Under the pieces are notes generated by a model, which had not been told where the DNA came from, did no database searches, and worked only from the letters and a program-made list of their open reading frames with translations. Below, piece by piece: positions 49,125 to 61,201 of a stretch of 64,000 bases of DNA (positions within the stretch are counted from its first letter, which is position 1; each line of letters opens with the position of its first letter). This stretch comes from Phallusia mammillata (taxonomy: Eukaryota): the NCBI GenBank assembly GCA_965637545.1, contig OZ281494.1, positions 14,074,001-14,138,000 on the forward strand, written 5' to 3'. The translations under genes were made by a program, and so were the position numbers.

Positions 49125-50602
49125 TTAAAATTGGTGAATGGTTTTCACTGTTTTTCAGCTTTTTGAAGGGATACAAATTTACATTTACATTGTATAAAGT
49201 CATTGTTAGGGTAGCATTTGTTACCTTTTTAGTTGTAACAACAGCTAGCTCTATTCATATGACACAACACTCCAGGCTTCCGAAAAAGAAAAAATAGGAA
49301 GATTTGTATCGGGTAAGCTAGCGCAAGCTTGGTATTGGGTAAGCTAGCGCAAGTTTTTTAATGGAAGGTCTTAGTCTCATCATCATATTTGAGTTTTTTA
49401 ACACAAACCTTACGCAAAAGTTCAGTTAACTAAAAAAAAGATGTTAACAATATCACTTCTAAAGTACAATACTCACATATCATGTGGTATCTGCAATTAT
49501 GAGCAAACAACTAAAGGATATAATAGCGGTATGTAAACAACCTGCTACACAACGCTGTGTTTACTGGAGGCAGACATTGTTTAGCAGGAGTCAAGCAAAT
49601 TCAAGTACAGGCGTTTTAGACAAGGGAAGGATCTCACTCTTACATCTTTGCGTTTAACAAAGCAGCAGCAAGTTTCAATCATGCTCGAACGTTTTTCGTC
49701 GAAATTTACACCAAAGAGAAGTAGAATTTGACAGGAAGTTAGTCGTATGGGCTATTGGTATTGTATTGTATGTTTATCAAAAGATAACGGGCTAGGTTTT
49801 GTAGCAACAAAGGAGTGGCTAACTGGACTAAAATGACACCGGACTTTATAATTGCTTGACTGCACACAGTTTGCTTCACGCACTTTTCCAGAACGAATCT
49901 TGCTATTTCATGTGTTAAGGAAAGAATGTCAAAGGTTTGTAAAAAGGGCATTGCTTGCAGTGATGGCTGTGGGTGTACTTGTGCTGACAAGGTGTCAGTC
50001 TGTGGTTTACTGTCAGTGTATAGTTAAACTAACCTCTGACCAGCCGTATATGTAAACCTACGCGGATGAGTTTTTAATTTAGCGTGCTTGCTTTGTTAGT
50101 TGTTGGCATGTAAGTAGATTACTGAAAAAGAAGTTTAAAGTAAAGGTCAAGTAAGGAATTGGATTTTTAAAGAGCGTCATTCAGGTATATTTAGGAGTAG
50201 TCGGAAACTAGAAAGGTAATGTTATATATTATCATTTATGATCGGCATCCGAAAATTGTTCAATGACCTATACCACAAGTAAAACATAATCCTTTTTTCA
50301 TTTCACCTGACAAAGATATGTCACACCGTATGTAATACAATTCCGTTGTTGATTCGTTACGCAATCAAAACATTGCAAGTATAGGAAACGTGTCACGCCA
50401 TGTATTATGAATCATAGTTTTTCTTAATTGTACATGATATATGTTAATGAGGCAACAGTAGCGTTCACCCACACCGTTCCTGGTGCAGGCCTATGGCTTA
50501 AAAGATTCCCTTTTAAGTTCAACATTATGTTTCAAGTGCAGCTACCGTGTGCAGAGAAGTCCACTGTTCAGTCTCTTGACTTTGAAAGTTTGCAAGACAA
50601 CA

Positions 50603-53512
50603 ATGCGATCAATCCGACTACTATGGAAAAGAGAAATGGTGTTGTTGTTGTTCGGTGCGTTAACGCTTTCTGCGTGTTCTTTTCTGAAGTACATCGACTG
50701 GCGAAGTACCAAACTGGCAGGGTAAGGCATCATCAGTTCTAGAAACATAAGTTAATCCCGTTTTTAAATATCGCTTGAAGATTTTATTGACAATATCTTA
50801 CTCGCTAGAAATTCTTACATTGCATTCTATTTTTGAATCAAAATTGTTTAAAATTCCGCAAAATTTCTGTGACTGCCACTGACGTGTGTTGGTGCTCCGA
50901 CATATTAGCTGATGCGTGACGATTTTAAGTTTGAAAACTTTTTTACTGAGACGTTTTTTCTGGAAGTTGGGGTTTACCTCGTATCATATAATTTTTTCAC
51001 GACATTTCACCGTAACGTCCATTGCAGTAAAGCTGGGGATTACTTCATAAATCCTATATTAAAAAAGAATGAGGAGCGAAAGGGTTCAAAACGGATGGTC
51101 TCATCCGTAGCTTCTGCTAGGTTGCTAAAGTGTATGTATTTACTCAAAGTATTACAGCACATCTCAGGGAAAACAACTTGACGAATTTACATCTGGGAAC
51201 TATGAACCTTACCGAGGAGCATCTGAAAGGGATCTCACTTACAGGCGAATTGACACCCAATAATGTAACAAATAGCACCCCCGTTGAAACCTTGACAGCA
51301 AGTCATCCAAAAATCAATTACTTTCATCAACCGACTATTCCATTCATGGAGAAGTGTGACTTAACACGATGCGACACCACCAAAGGTAAATTTTTGTTCC
51401 GCTTCAATTTAAACCAAGGTTGTAAGCGGCCCGAAATTTGAGTCCGAATCCGTTTTGGTCCAAAAGTTTGATTGACAGGAGCAGGACCAGTGTTTTTTTT
51501 AAGGTGTTTTGGGGGACCGTTTCGGTCAAATTTCTCCAGCGGTTTGCCAAAATTCCCGTTTAAGCAAATATGGCTATTTTTGGGTATTTAAATGAAACAC
51601 TTGCGGTCTCTTAAAACTACTTAGCGGTCACCCAAACCAAACCTTAAAAAACCCTGGACAGGACCATAATAAAGAAAACATACACAATGAACAATAAAAA
51701 CAATTGCTTGAATAATGCATTTTTGGGCTGTTGGGCATTAGGTTATATCCAGCAACAAGTTACCTATCTCGGTAATCTACATTTTAAAAAACTACGGACT
51801 TTATTACAAAAAATACGCCTGAACCCGGCCCGACTTACCATTCTGATTTGAACTCGGTTTTATTTGAACTTTAACGTAGTGTGGTTTGGCCTCTTGTTAC
51901 CACTGCGTCAGTGAACCCACAAAACCCGTGAAAGGCATATGTAAGCTGGATTGGTATGACATATAAACAGAAGTTTTGTACCTAGGCTTGAGCAGATGCA
52001 TAAAAGTTCTATCCGTGGTCTTATGTGACTGTACAACCAATTACGTCCGCAGGTTGTTCAAATCGAATTCCAATTTTACACTGTTTGGTTAAATTTTCAG
52101 GTCTTGGGCACATCTCTAGTAGCAAGTGAAATTAATTTCTGACAAAATGTTACACTAAATGTATAGCCTCCTTTGGTTGCAGTGAAATTAACTCATCATA
52201 TTTGCCAAAGGTACGGAATGGCGGTTGGTGGTTTTTGTAAAATCCACAACAACCAACTTCGTTCATCGCGAACTGATTCGACGCACCTGGGGGAAATGGC
52301 ATTATGTTGAAAACGGTTTTATTGCCGTTGTTTTCCTGATCGGGAAATCGGACAACCCCAAAACGATAGATTTAGTACGCGAGGAACATTTTCGAAACCA
52401 AGATATTTTGAACTACGACGGACCCGACGACTACAAGTAACTGTAACTGTTGAATAATTAGCATGTTAAAATATTTTAAACCATTTGAAAGCGCCTAAAA
52501 ATTCCTTTGTTTGGGTTGTGTCTAATAAACTTGAACTGCTTTGGATTTAATGATGACCAGTAAGATACGCTTGTATAAAATTATGCAAGCAAACGGCATT
52601 ATATGCTTTGAATCAGGGGTCGGCAACCTTTTTGCTCTGCGGACCGTTTTTTAACCCTTTGAAATGTCTTTGCGGAACGGCCTTCAAAACACTACAAATA
52701 TTTATTAATGCAAACGCATAAATTAGTTTATCATCCCCGGGATACATGGGTAAAATGTTTTGAAGCATTTAACCCGAAAAAGTACACGGCCCAGTAAAGA
52801 ACTACACGCGGACCGGCGGTTGCCGACCACTGCTTTAGATGAACAAAATATTTTTCCTTTTGTTTAGAGATTGTTTTTGCTTTTTTTAAATTGCATATTG
52901 CTATTAAATTTTTCACTTCTTATCACTCAAAATTGTCGTCACAGAAATATTGCAAACAAAACTTTGACGGGAATGAGTTGGGCAACAGAAAACCTGCCCG
53001 ACCACTACCTGTACGCGTCAGCAGACGACGATTTTCTTGTCGATCTCGGTGCGTTACAAGAAGCAATAGTTGAAAACGAAAAAACTTTTGGCGTCAACAG
53101 CACCGCTGGTTTTCCAATCATATGCTTTTACCGCTATTTGGACAAAGCTGAGCCGTACCGTAATAAAAAAAGCAAATGGTATTTAAGCAAGGAAGAGTAT
53201 CCTCACGATTTTTTTCCACGTTGCTGCCTAGGTGGCATGTACACCACGTCTGTACGCTTAGCACGACGCTTGCTTGAACACTCTCGGAAGTTTGAGCCAA
53301 TGCGCGTAGACGACGTGTGGATTACTGGCATCTTACGTGAAAATCTTTCCATACCGGAGACCATGGTGATAAAACCTTCACCTTATGCAGCTAAGCATTA
53401 TACAGGCTTCAAGGGAAAACCATCTAAAACCATACGCAGTTTTATGCACGCCGATTGGACGAAAACATTTGAGAAATTCAGACACAAAAAATTATGTTTA
53501 TGCGACTATTGA
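50603..53512 (+). CDS. Beta-1,3-galactosyltransferase-like (GT31) copy 2, type II membrane protein (~376 aa)
   Basis: Exons 50603-50721 (TM), 51168-51385 (stem), 52211-52436, 52945-53512 (1131 nt); motifs RELIRRTWG, ADDD, SKWY, DDVWITG. The true start may lie further upstream. Confidence 0.88.
51488..51656. mobile_element. hAT-like MITE (same family as 8565-8746)
   Basis: Same ends; the last ~100 bp are almost identical to the 8565 copy; degenerate TSD AGCAGGAC / GACAGGAC. Confidence 0.88.
52614..52832. mobile_element. hAT (Charlie-like) MITE, 219 bp
   Basis: CAGGGGTCGGCAACC ... GGTTGCCGACCACTG; degenerate TSD CTTTGAAT / CTTTAGAT. Confidence 0.85.
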
Positions 53513-54686
53513 ATCTCTTTACGTGTAAAGCTTGGCGATGTCAGTCATTTAATAGAAAAGAAATTGTGTTTGCACTCTATGTATTTGCTATTTTGGTTCT
53601 GCTGAAATCGTAGTGGTCCATGTTTTTTATTCCTGTCGTGTTCACTGGCAGAACGCAACTTCATTTTTGTGCTCTCTCTTCTTACATAGAAGGCCAAACA
53701 AACTTAACTCAAGCATGACACAACAAAACGAACTGTATAACGAACGCTGGACGTTACAACTACTAGACTGGAGACTACCTATACTGACTGTCCAGCACTT
53801 GCGCACAACAACCCCAAGCTGATATTGTTATGTGCAATTTAACTCATACGTTCTTGTTATAACAAGAATTAAAAAAAAATCTTCAACTGTCATTGTTTCG
53901 CAAGAGAATGTGATTTTTTTAAAGTAAATACTGTATAGTTCTATCACCACAGGCTTTCTACTAATTGGAATAATGTGATTTGAAAGCAATAGTTGCAATA
54001 TTTTTATGTGCATCAAACCTTCTTTTATAAGATTGTAGAAATTTTACAACATGTTATATGATATGCCACTTGTGATGTTTGGTGCAAGTCAGTTAACAAA
54101 CGATTTTGTTTTCATGCTTCATGCTTCAAATCGAGTTTTTGTGTGTCTTTTTTCATTTACTAATATCGTTGCTTTAAGTTTGATTATTATTAACGAGTTC
54201 TTTTACGATTATTGCTTCCTTTTTGGCGTTCTATAGTTTTCGCAATTTGTGCTTTTTAATTTTCTGGTGGCATACATCGGCTAAACTAAAGAAGCTGTAC
54301 CAAAAATGCTGGAAAATAAAGAAGGTTTTATATTACTTCGAACTGTTTACCATACAACTCAACTAAGTCATGCAGTTTTGAACACCAAAGAGCAAGTTCG
54401 ATTGCGCTTAATAAGTCGCCGTGCAAGTAAACAAATATAGCTTGATTCCTGAATACAATACACGAGACAAGAACATAGTTTATGTTTATATTCAGTGGGA
54501 AAAAATGTTTAATACTCTGCTTCACTCGTTCTACTTCAAGCACCCCTAACTATTTTTTTAGATATTTTACAGTGTTATAGCTCACCACTTATCACCCAGA
54601 AAATTAAAACAGCATACAGACGAATGAGACGATCACAGGTTATTCCATGACTCCATGACTGGGCTTTCCAAGTCAACTACCGGCTA

Positions 54687-55041
54687 CCGTATTTACTCGA
54701 TTTTAAGCCGCGGCTTATATTGTTTTTTAGCTGCCGTTTGTGTGGCTTAGGCCTATAATCGAGGGCGACTTATATTTTAATTTTATACCGAAATTATTTC
54801 TACACTCCAACATTTTAAATTATTTGGGGTTCAAAACATGTATGCATGATCAGATTATACGTCGATATACGTTCTGTTGGGTACAGTTATCAACGTAACT
54901 AGAAAAATAGTCATACCATATAACAACAGAAAGATGTAAGAAACAATCGTATCTAAAATTCCAGCATGCGGCTTACAATCGAGGGCGGCTTACATTATTT
55001 TTTAACACCTCAACATGCGGCTTACAATCGAGTAAATACGG
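54687..55041. mobile_element. Tc1/mariner (Tc2-like) MITE, 355 bp
   Basis: TA|CCGTATTTACTCGATTTTAAGCCGC ... GCGGCTTACAATCGAGTAAATACGG|TA; internal gcggctta repeats. Confidence 0.9.
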
Positions 55042-55394
55042 TATCTACGCAGTAACACACTAGAAATTCTTTATTGCGTCAAAAGCGTATTAAAACCCAA
55101 ACAAAAGTAATTATGCCGCAATAATGCACAGTGCATAGTCCAAAAGTTGTTACCAATTCTTTTTGACTTGAGCAAGCTTGTTGCACCTAGAAGGCCTACT
55201 CGTAGCACAGTTTGTGAAGCACATGCTTGGATCAATATGGAATTTCCAATATGCTGCAAATTGCATTGTTTCAATAATTTTTTTTTACTACTGTTTAATT
55301 TTTTATAGTGGAGGAAATTAACGGTTGCATTGTATGCATTTTTCCTGCTACCGTATACAACAGATCTTATCAAGTGGCGCAAGGCTCAAGACTT

Positions 55395-58300
55395 ATGAAG
55401 AAGGGGACTGGTAAGTTTGTTGTTTATAACTCTATGTACAGGGGGCAACAGCTAAATTGAAATAAATTTGGCCTTATAGGAGAAAGAGAATCTGAAAGAA
55501 TCTTGTAGCAATAACAAACACCGTTAGAAAAAACCCTGGAAATAACCAGGTAACCCCCTCTCATGGGTCAAAACCGAAGGCAGACAGTACCCTGCGTGCG
55601 GAGAGCAAGCACAGTAAGTTCTCTTTCTGTGTTGGAAATCACCTGAACCGCACCGAACCGTTGCGTGGAATGTAAGCATTTTTTTAGCATAGGAAAGAAG
55701 AGAACAATCACTAACCAAGGTCAAGCTGTACCTTAAGCAGGAACCACAATGTTGGGACATGTTTGGTTTTCCGCTGTGGGTTATTAGACAATCAAAGAGA
55801 CGCGCTTTAATGACACTACACGTCAAATATACCGGGTGTTATCTGTAAGTGGTTAAAAACTCAATCCTTTGTTGCTAAACTTTAAAAAAAAGTTAATTGT
55901 ATTCTCTTTGTCATTTCAATGTTTGACACCAATGCTTACGTTTATGGTTGCACGCGCACGCACTGCAAACCAAAGCATACTGACTTAGCTGCAAACAAAG
56001 GTACTACATTATTATTAGTGTTAACCCGCCCGCCGTTATTAGTCACCCGTTTTAAGGACACCATGCAAGCATCGTGGGATCGGCGGTATATATTAACTAA
56101 ATCTCTTCTTGGAATGGTATAGCAACTAACTGTCTTCATATTTTATCACCATGTTTCACCGAAGACGTGCTTCAATGGCCTAAAAATCTAAATGTTCTCT
56201 GGTATACAGGATTGTGTTCCCAGCAGTTTTCATTTAGGTCACTTTGCGATAATATTATTATTTTATAATTAGCATTGTTTGATTTCATAATGAACTAACT
56301 GTGTTCAATATCATGTGGACACGAGAAGTTTATTGAACATTTCTAGGCCACAAAGAACACCACTGATTTTTTTTTATTCAGATGTAGTGAACGTATGTGG
56401 AAGGGACAAACTGTTCAGTATCCTGAGATTCAAAGTTTGCAAATCAGGTGTACGGTCAATCCGGCTATCATGGAAGCGACAATTTATCTTGTTGTTCGGC
56501 TCTGTAATGCTTGTTGCATGTGTCCTTCTGACGTATGACGATTTGAGAAAGTTTAAAGTTGCAGGGTAAGTAACTACATAGTGGTTCGGTATCGATTGAC
56601 AAGAGTTACACCGTTGTCTTTGTCAATGAAGTTTTACTAACAGTGGATTTTTTACGTGAGGTGCGAGCGTTGCCTATGGGTCCATTTGAACACTCATATA
56701 CGTAAATACGTTTCCTGTCGCATCGTATACACTAAAAAACTTTAAAGTGTACTGGTGTAGATTACAAACCAAGCTACTATTAGACTTGGATACTCCCCAG
56801 TACGCCATTAAGTGTAATAATGATGTTTATTTTCAGTCTTAAAGCGAACCAAAATTTGAAAGGCTTTAAAACTTTTCATTTGGGATATGAAAACCTTACC
56901 AAGGTCCTTTTAAGGATGACCTTCCTTAGAAGCAAATCGACATCAAATCTTGTTACTAAACGCATCACGACAACCGTTAAAACCGTTACTGCAAGTTATC
57001 CGAAAATCAATTACTTTCATCAACCGACTATTCCATTCACGGAAAAGTGTGATTTAACACAATGCAACAGAACCAAAGGTGAATTCGCAGTTTACGTTTT
57101 GTCTTGTTTAATATCCGGTAATGAAAAAATGGTCTATTTTAAGTAAAAGCCCAACTTTTACGTGATAGCTATACCGGACCGCATACGCCAGAAACAATAC
57201 AGGACCTGTAATTGGATTCTATCAGAAGGCAGTTAAACGAATATAACACATACTGTTATTTTGATTTAGTCCTACCCTATTTTTACCAAAAAGATGATAC
57301 ATTCTTATCAAAGGTTATTGGTGGTATTTTTTAACAAAACTGTGATGACTTATCCTAATTTATTGACTTATTGATATAGTCTGGATTGAAAGAATTTAGT
57401 TTTTAGTCCTCTGTGAACCCTGGGTAAACAAAATGTCATAAAATGTAACAACTCTCACTGAACTTGTTTACCATAATATTTATTTTAAATTAGAAATTTT
57501 TCTCTAAAATGGGGATCACTGTGGTAGGCCTATGCTATATGAAACATTGAACTCCGTAAAAAAAACATTTCAACGAGTGACATTTTCTTTTCTGTACATT
57601 TTTCTTACTAAAGCTACAGAGTGGCGATTGGTGGTTTTCGTAAAATCGTCAACGCACAACTTTGCCCGTCGGGAATTGATTCGACGTACCTGGGGAACTT
57701 GGCATTATGTTGAAAATGGATTTTTCGCCGTCGTTTTTCTGATCGGAAAACCGTGCTCTCAAAAAATGAAAGATTTACTGCGCGAGGAACATTTTCGATA
57801 CCAAGACATTTTAAACTACGACGGATCCGACGATTACAGGTGATTCTTGAACCAAGAGCATGTTGCAACATTAAAAAAAACATACTTAAACACCTTTATA
57901 AGTTAGCTATTAGATTCGGACGGTATTTGACATAATTTTGTTGTCTGAATGTATGTAGTCGTTGCCTTTTTTATCTTTTAATACAACTTTTAAGTCCTTA
58001 AATAGATTCATTGCACAAAAAACGTTGACGGGAATGCGCTGGGCATCGGAAAACCTGCCCGACCACTACCTGTACGCGTCAGCAGACGACGATTTTCTTG
58101 TCGATCTCGGTGCGTTACAAGAAGCAATAGTTGAAAACGAAAAAACTTTTGGCGTCAACAGCACCGCTGGTTTTCCAATCATATGCTTTTACAGCGATTT
58201 GAACAAGGGTGTACCGGATCGAAGTAAAGCAAGCAAGTGGTATTTAAGCAAGAAAGAGTTCCCTGGCAAAACCTTTCCACGTTGCTGCTTAGGTGGCATG

Positions 58301-58573
58301 TACGCCACGTCTGTGCGTCTCGCGCGGCGCTTGCTTGAGATCTCCATAGACTTTACGCCAATGCGCGTAGACGATGTGTGGATTACAGGTATTTTGCGTG
58401 AAAATCTTTCTGTACCGAACACCATGGTGGTAAAACCTGCACGCTACGCCGCAAAGCATTATGTCGGATTTCGGGGCAAATCGATTAGATCTATACGCAA
58501 TTTTATGCACGCCGATTGGACGAAAACATTTGAGAAATTCCGTCACAAGAAATTATGTATATGTAACTATTGA
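55395..58573 (+). CDS. Beta-1,3-galactosyltransferase-like (GT31) copy 3 (~411 aa)
   Basis: Exons 55395-55410 (inferred start, MKKGT, G|gtaagt), 56382-56565 (TM), 56837-57078, 57614-57839, 58006-58573 (1236 nt, phases consistent). Confidence 0.85.
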
Positions 58574-58648
58574 ATATCTTAATGTGCGTCGCTTAAAATT
58601 GCCATACAGAAATATATTTTGCTGTAAATGTTTATGCTCTAAGACTTA

Positions 58649-59885
58649 GGGTGGAATTCACGAAGTTAGATTAAACCTAGATTAACGTAATCCTAGATTA
58701 AGTAAGGGATAATCCCTGGTAGCCGTATTCACCAACCTCGATTAAATTTTAATCTCGGATTAAACAGGCAAAATTTTAATCCTGCCCTACCCCAGGTTTA
58801 AGGATGGATTAAGTTGAATGCTGGGTTGTTTGGGTATTTTAACCCACATAAAAAGTAGGTTTTGTGTTTAATTAAGCTTTATTTGTGTCTATTAACCAAA
58901 AAAAATGTAAAAAATAATACTTCATACTAATTTTAAAAAATCACCACTTTCCAGCTTGCTGCACTGCAGTACTTTATTTTTTAAAGCAGTAAAATGGATG
59001 TAATAGGGGCGATAAAAAGGGTAGATAATGATGTCACAGAAACCACAACAATGTTAAAAAGAAACCAGAGACAGATTTAACTCTATTGAAAAACTTAATG
59101 ATGTTGAATTTTATAGCTGATTTTGATTTTGCAAAGAAAATGCTCGATTGTGAGCCGCATGTTGAGGTATTAAAAAAGTGATGTAAGCTGCCCTCGATTA
59201 TACACCCCACATTTGTTATGTCCAATAACACAACATAGTGCAACTGTTTGTCAATAAAGAAGACAGAGCGTATGTTGACTTGTAAAGCCTATATTCAAAA
59301 GAACTTGGAATGCGAAATAAATCAAAAGGCATGAGTGTAGAATAATATCGGTATGCCACAAAAATGTAAGTCGCACAAACGGTAAGGTAAAAAAAATGCG
59401 ACTTAATTACAATTTAATTAAAGTTGTATTGAGCTCAATTGAAGATGACCTTGTCTGTGCAACAACAAAACAACAACTATAGTTGTGTGCTTTTTCAACT
59501 ATAAACGATTATATTGCTAACAAAAAACAGTATTACAATACCCTGTGTCTAATGCAAAAGTACCAACCATTCAATACACAATAAATGACTTCTAGGTGTA
59601 TACACAAAAACGCCTAGAAGTGTTTAAAATCCCAAAACACACAGTTTTACACCTTCATATAAGTCAAAACATCGTTTAAAATTGCCTAAAACCCATGCGG
59701 CCATAACTATGACTCAGCATAATCGGGGATTAGGGATTTAATCGGGATTAAAGTACCGATTAACTAGTCTCGGTTTAATCCTGGTTGGTGAATACCAAGT
59801 AATCCAGGTGCTTAATCCTGGATCAATTAATCCTAGATTAGAGCCTAATCCAGATTAAATTAATCTTGCTTGGTGAATTCCACCC
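58649..59885 (+). mobile_element. Non-autonomous PIF/Harbinger element, 1237 bp
   Basis: TIR GGGTGGAATTCAC / GTGAATTCCACCC; 3-bp TSD TTA; subterminal TAATCC/GGATTA arrays; transposase-like remnant at 59067-59153. Confidence 0.9.
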
Positions 59886-60714
59886 TTAGAGTCTAAGTCC
59901 TTGCCTATCTGAGCTACTGCTTGTCTGAGCTTAGTCCGACAACGAAGACGGCGTTTTAACCTTAAACTTAGTTTATTGAGTTAAGAGAGTTTTTTTGAGA
60001 TTATTAAGAGTGAGAGTAACAACACATATCAATATATAGTGGCAAAGGTGATAATGACGAAACTGTTCAACCGTGCATAAGGTGTTAAACAGCGACAACT
60101 GGCAATTTAGGTCAGTACTGAAAAGGTGACGATGACGAAACAAAACTATCATGCAATCACAGTCACTCGTATGATATTATACGCGCTTATGTATAACTTC
60201 AATACACGATACTCCACAATAGCCTTTTATCAAAAAATAAACCCCAGGCAACCTTTTGCTGTCATTTTTGTGAGAGGAACTATGTTTGTTGCTTTTTGTA
60301 ATATATTGAGAAATTAGGTCGGTTTGTAAAGTCACATGTTTTCAACAAAATCCCGATTGGCAACATCACATTTCAACACTGAACAACAGGAAGCAATTAA
60401 TATATTACCCTTGGCGATACTTTTCCACGTCGCTACTTGGGTGTCTGGTGGCTTGTAAATCAAAGCTACCCGGTGAAATCCAAGATTGGACAAAATATTT
60501 CCAATGTTTTACTTGCATGACAAAATAGGTAAGAAACATGGCGCGACATATTGAGCTTGTCGCGTGTCGCAGAATATCAATTTGTTTAACTTCAGTTAAA
60601 TCAAGTATTTTTCTTGTAATGTGAGCCTTAATGATTATTACACATATGGTTGCCAAAAGGTTTAAATTCACGATTTGTGTTTATGATAGCATTCATACCT
60701 TTTTCACAGTTTAT

Positions 60715-60833
60715 TTTTTTATTTTTTTCACGGGGTTCGAACCCAGGACATTCCCGGGGACGAATCCCGATCAAGGTTTTTTATGTATGTATATGGGTCA
60801 GGCGCGCCAGACCATTCGGCCAAGTTCCTGCCC
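60715..60833 (-). mobile_element. tRNA-derived SINE, copy 2
   Basis: A box TGGCCGAATGG, B box GGTTCGAACC, A-rich tail; ~15-bp TSD tttttcacagtttat (60700-60714 / 60834-60848). Confidence 0.88.
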
Positions 60834-61201
60834 TTTTTCACAGTTTATAATAATTTAAAACTTTTGCTTTGTTTTTAGCGACACTAGTGGCCAACTATGC
60901 CACAGCTGTAAGTTGACTGAACACTGAACGTAAACAAAGTAACAAACTTTTGAAACTGTTTTTGCTGGTTGTTAAAAGGCCGAAAAAGAAGCTTTGTTGT
61001 TTTGCATGACCCGTGTACAACGTCGGTAGATAACTATTTGTTTAAATTTTTCTTGTACAGAAAAAAATATAGCTGAAAGTAGATCTGGCTGCTTGGATTT
61101 GTATAATTTTAATCCATTCCAGACCAAAGCTTGAAAGCAAACATTCCTCCTGATGTTCTGCATTGTGGGAGTAAACATAAAAACCTTTTCGTTTTGTGTC
61201 A

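Noticed and set aside
60715-60833. Functional tRNA-Met gene
   Set aside because: No 3' acceptor strand, imperfect T-stem, A-tail and TSD; this is a SINE.
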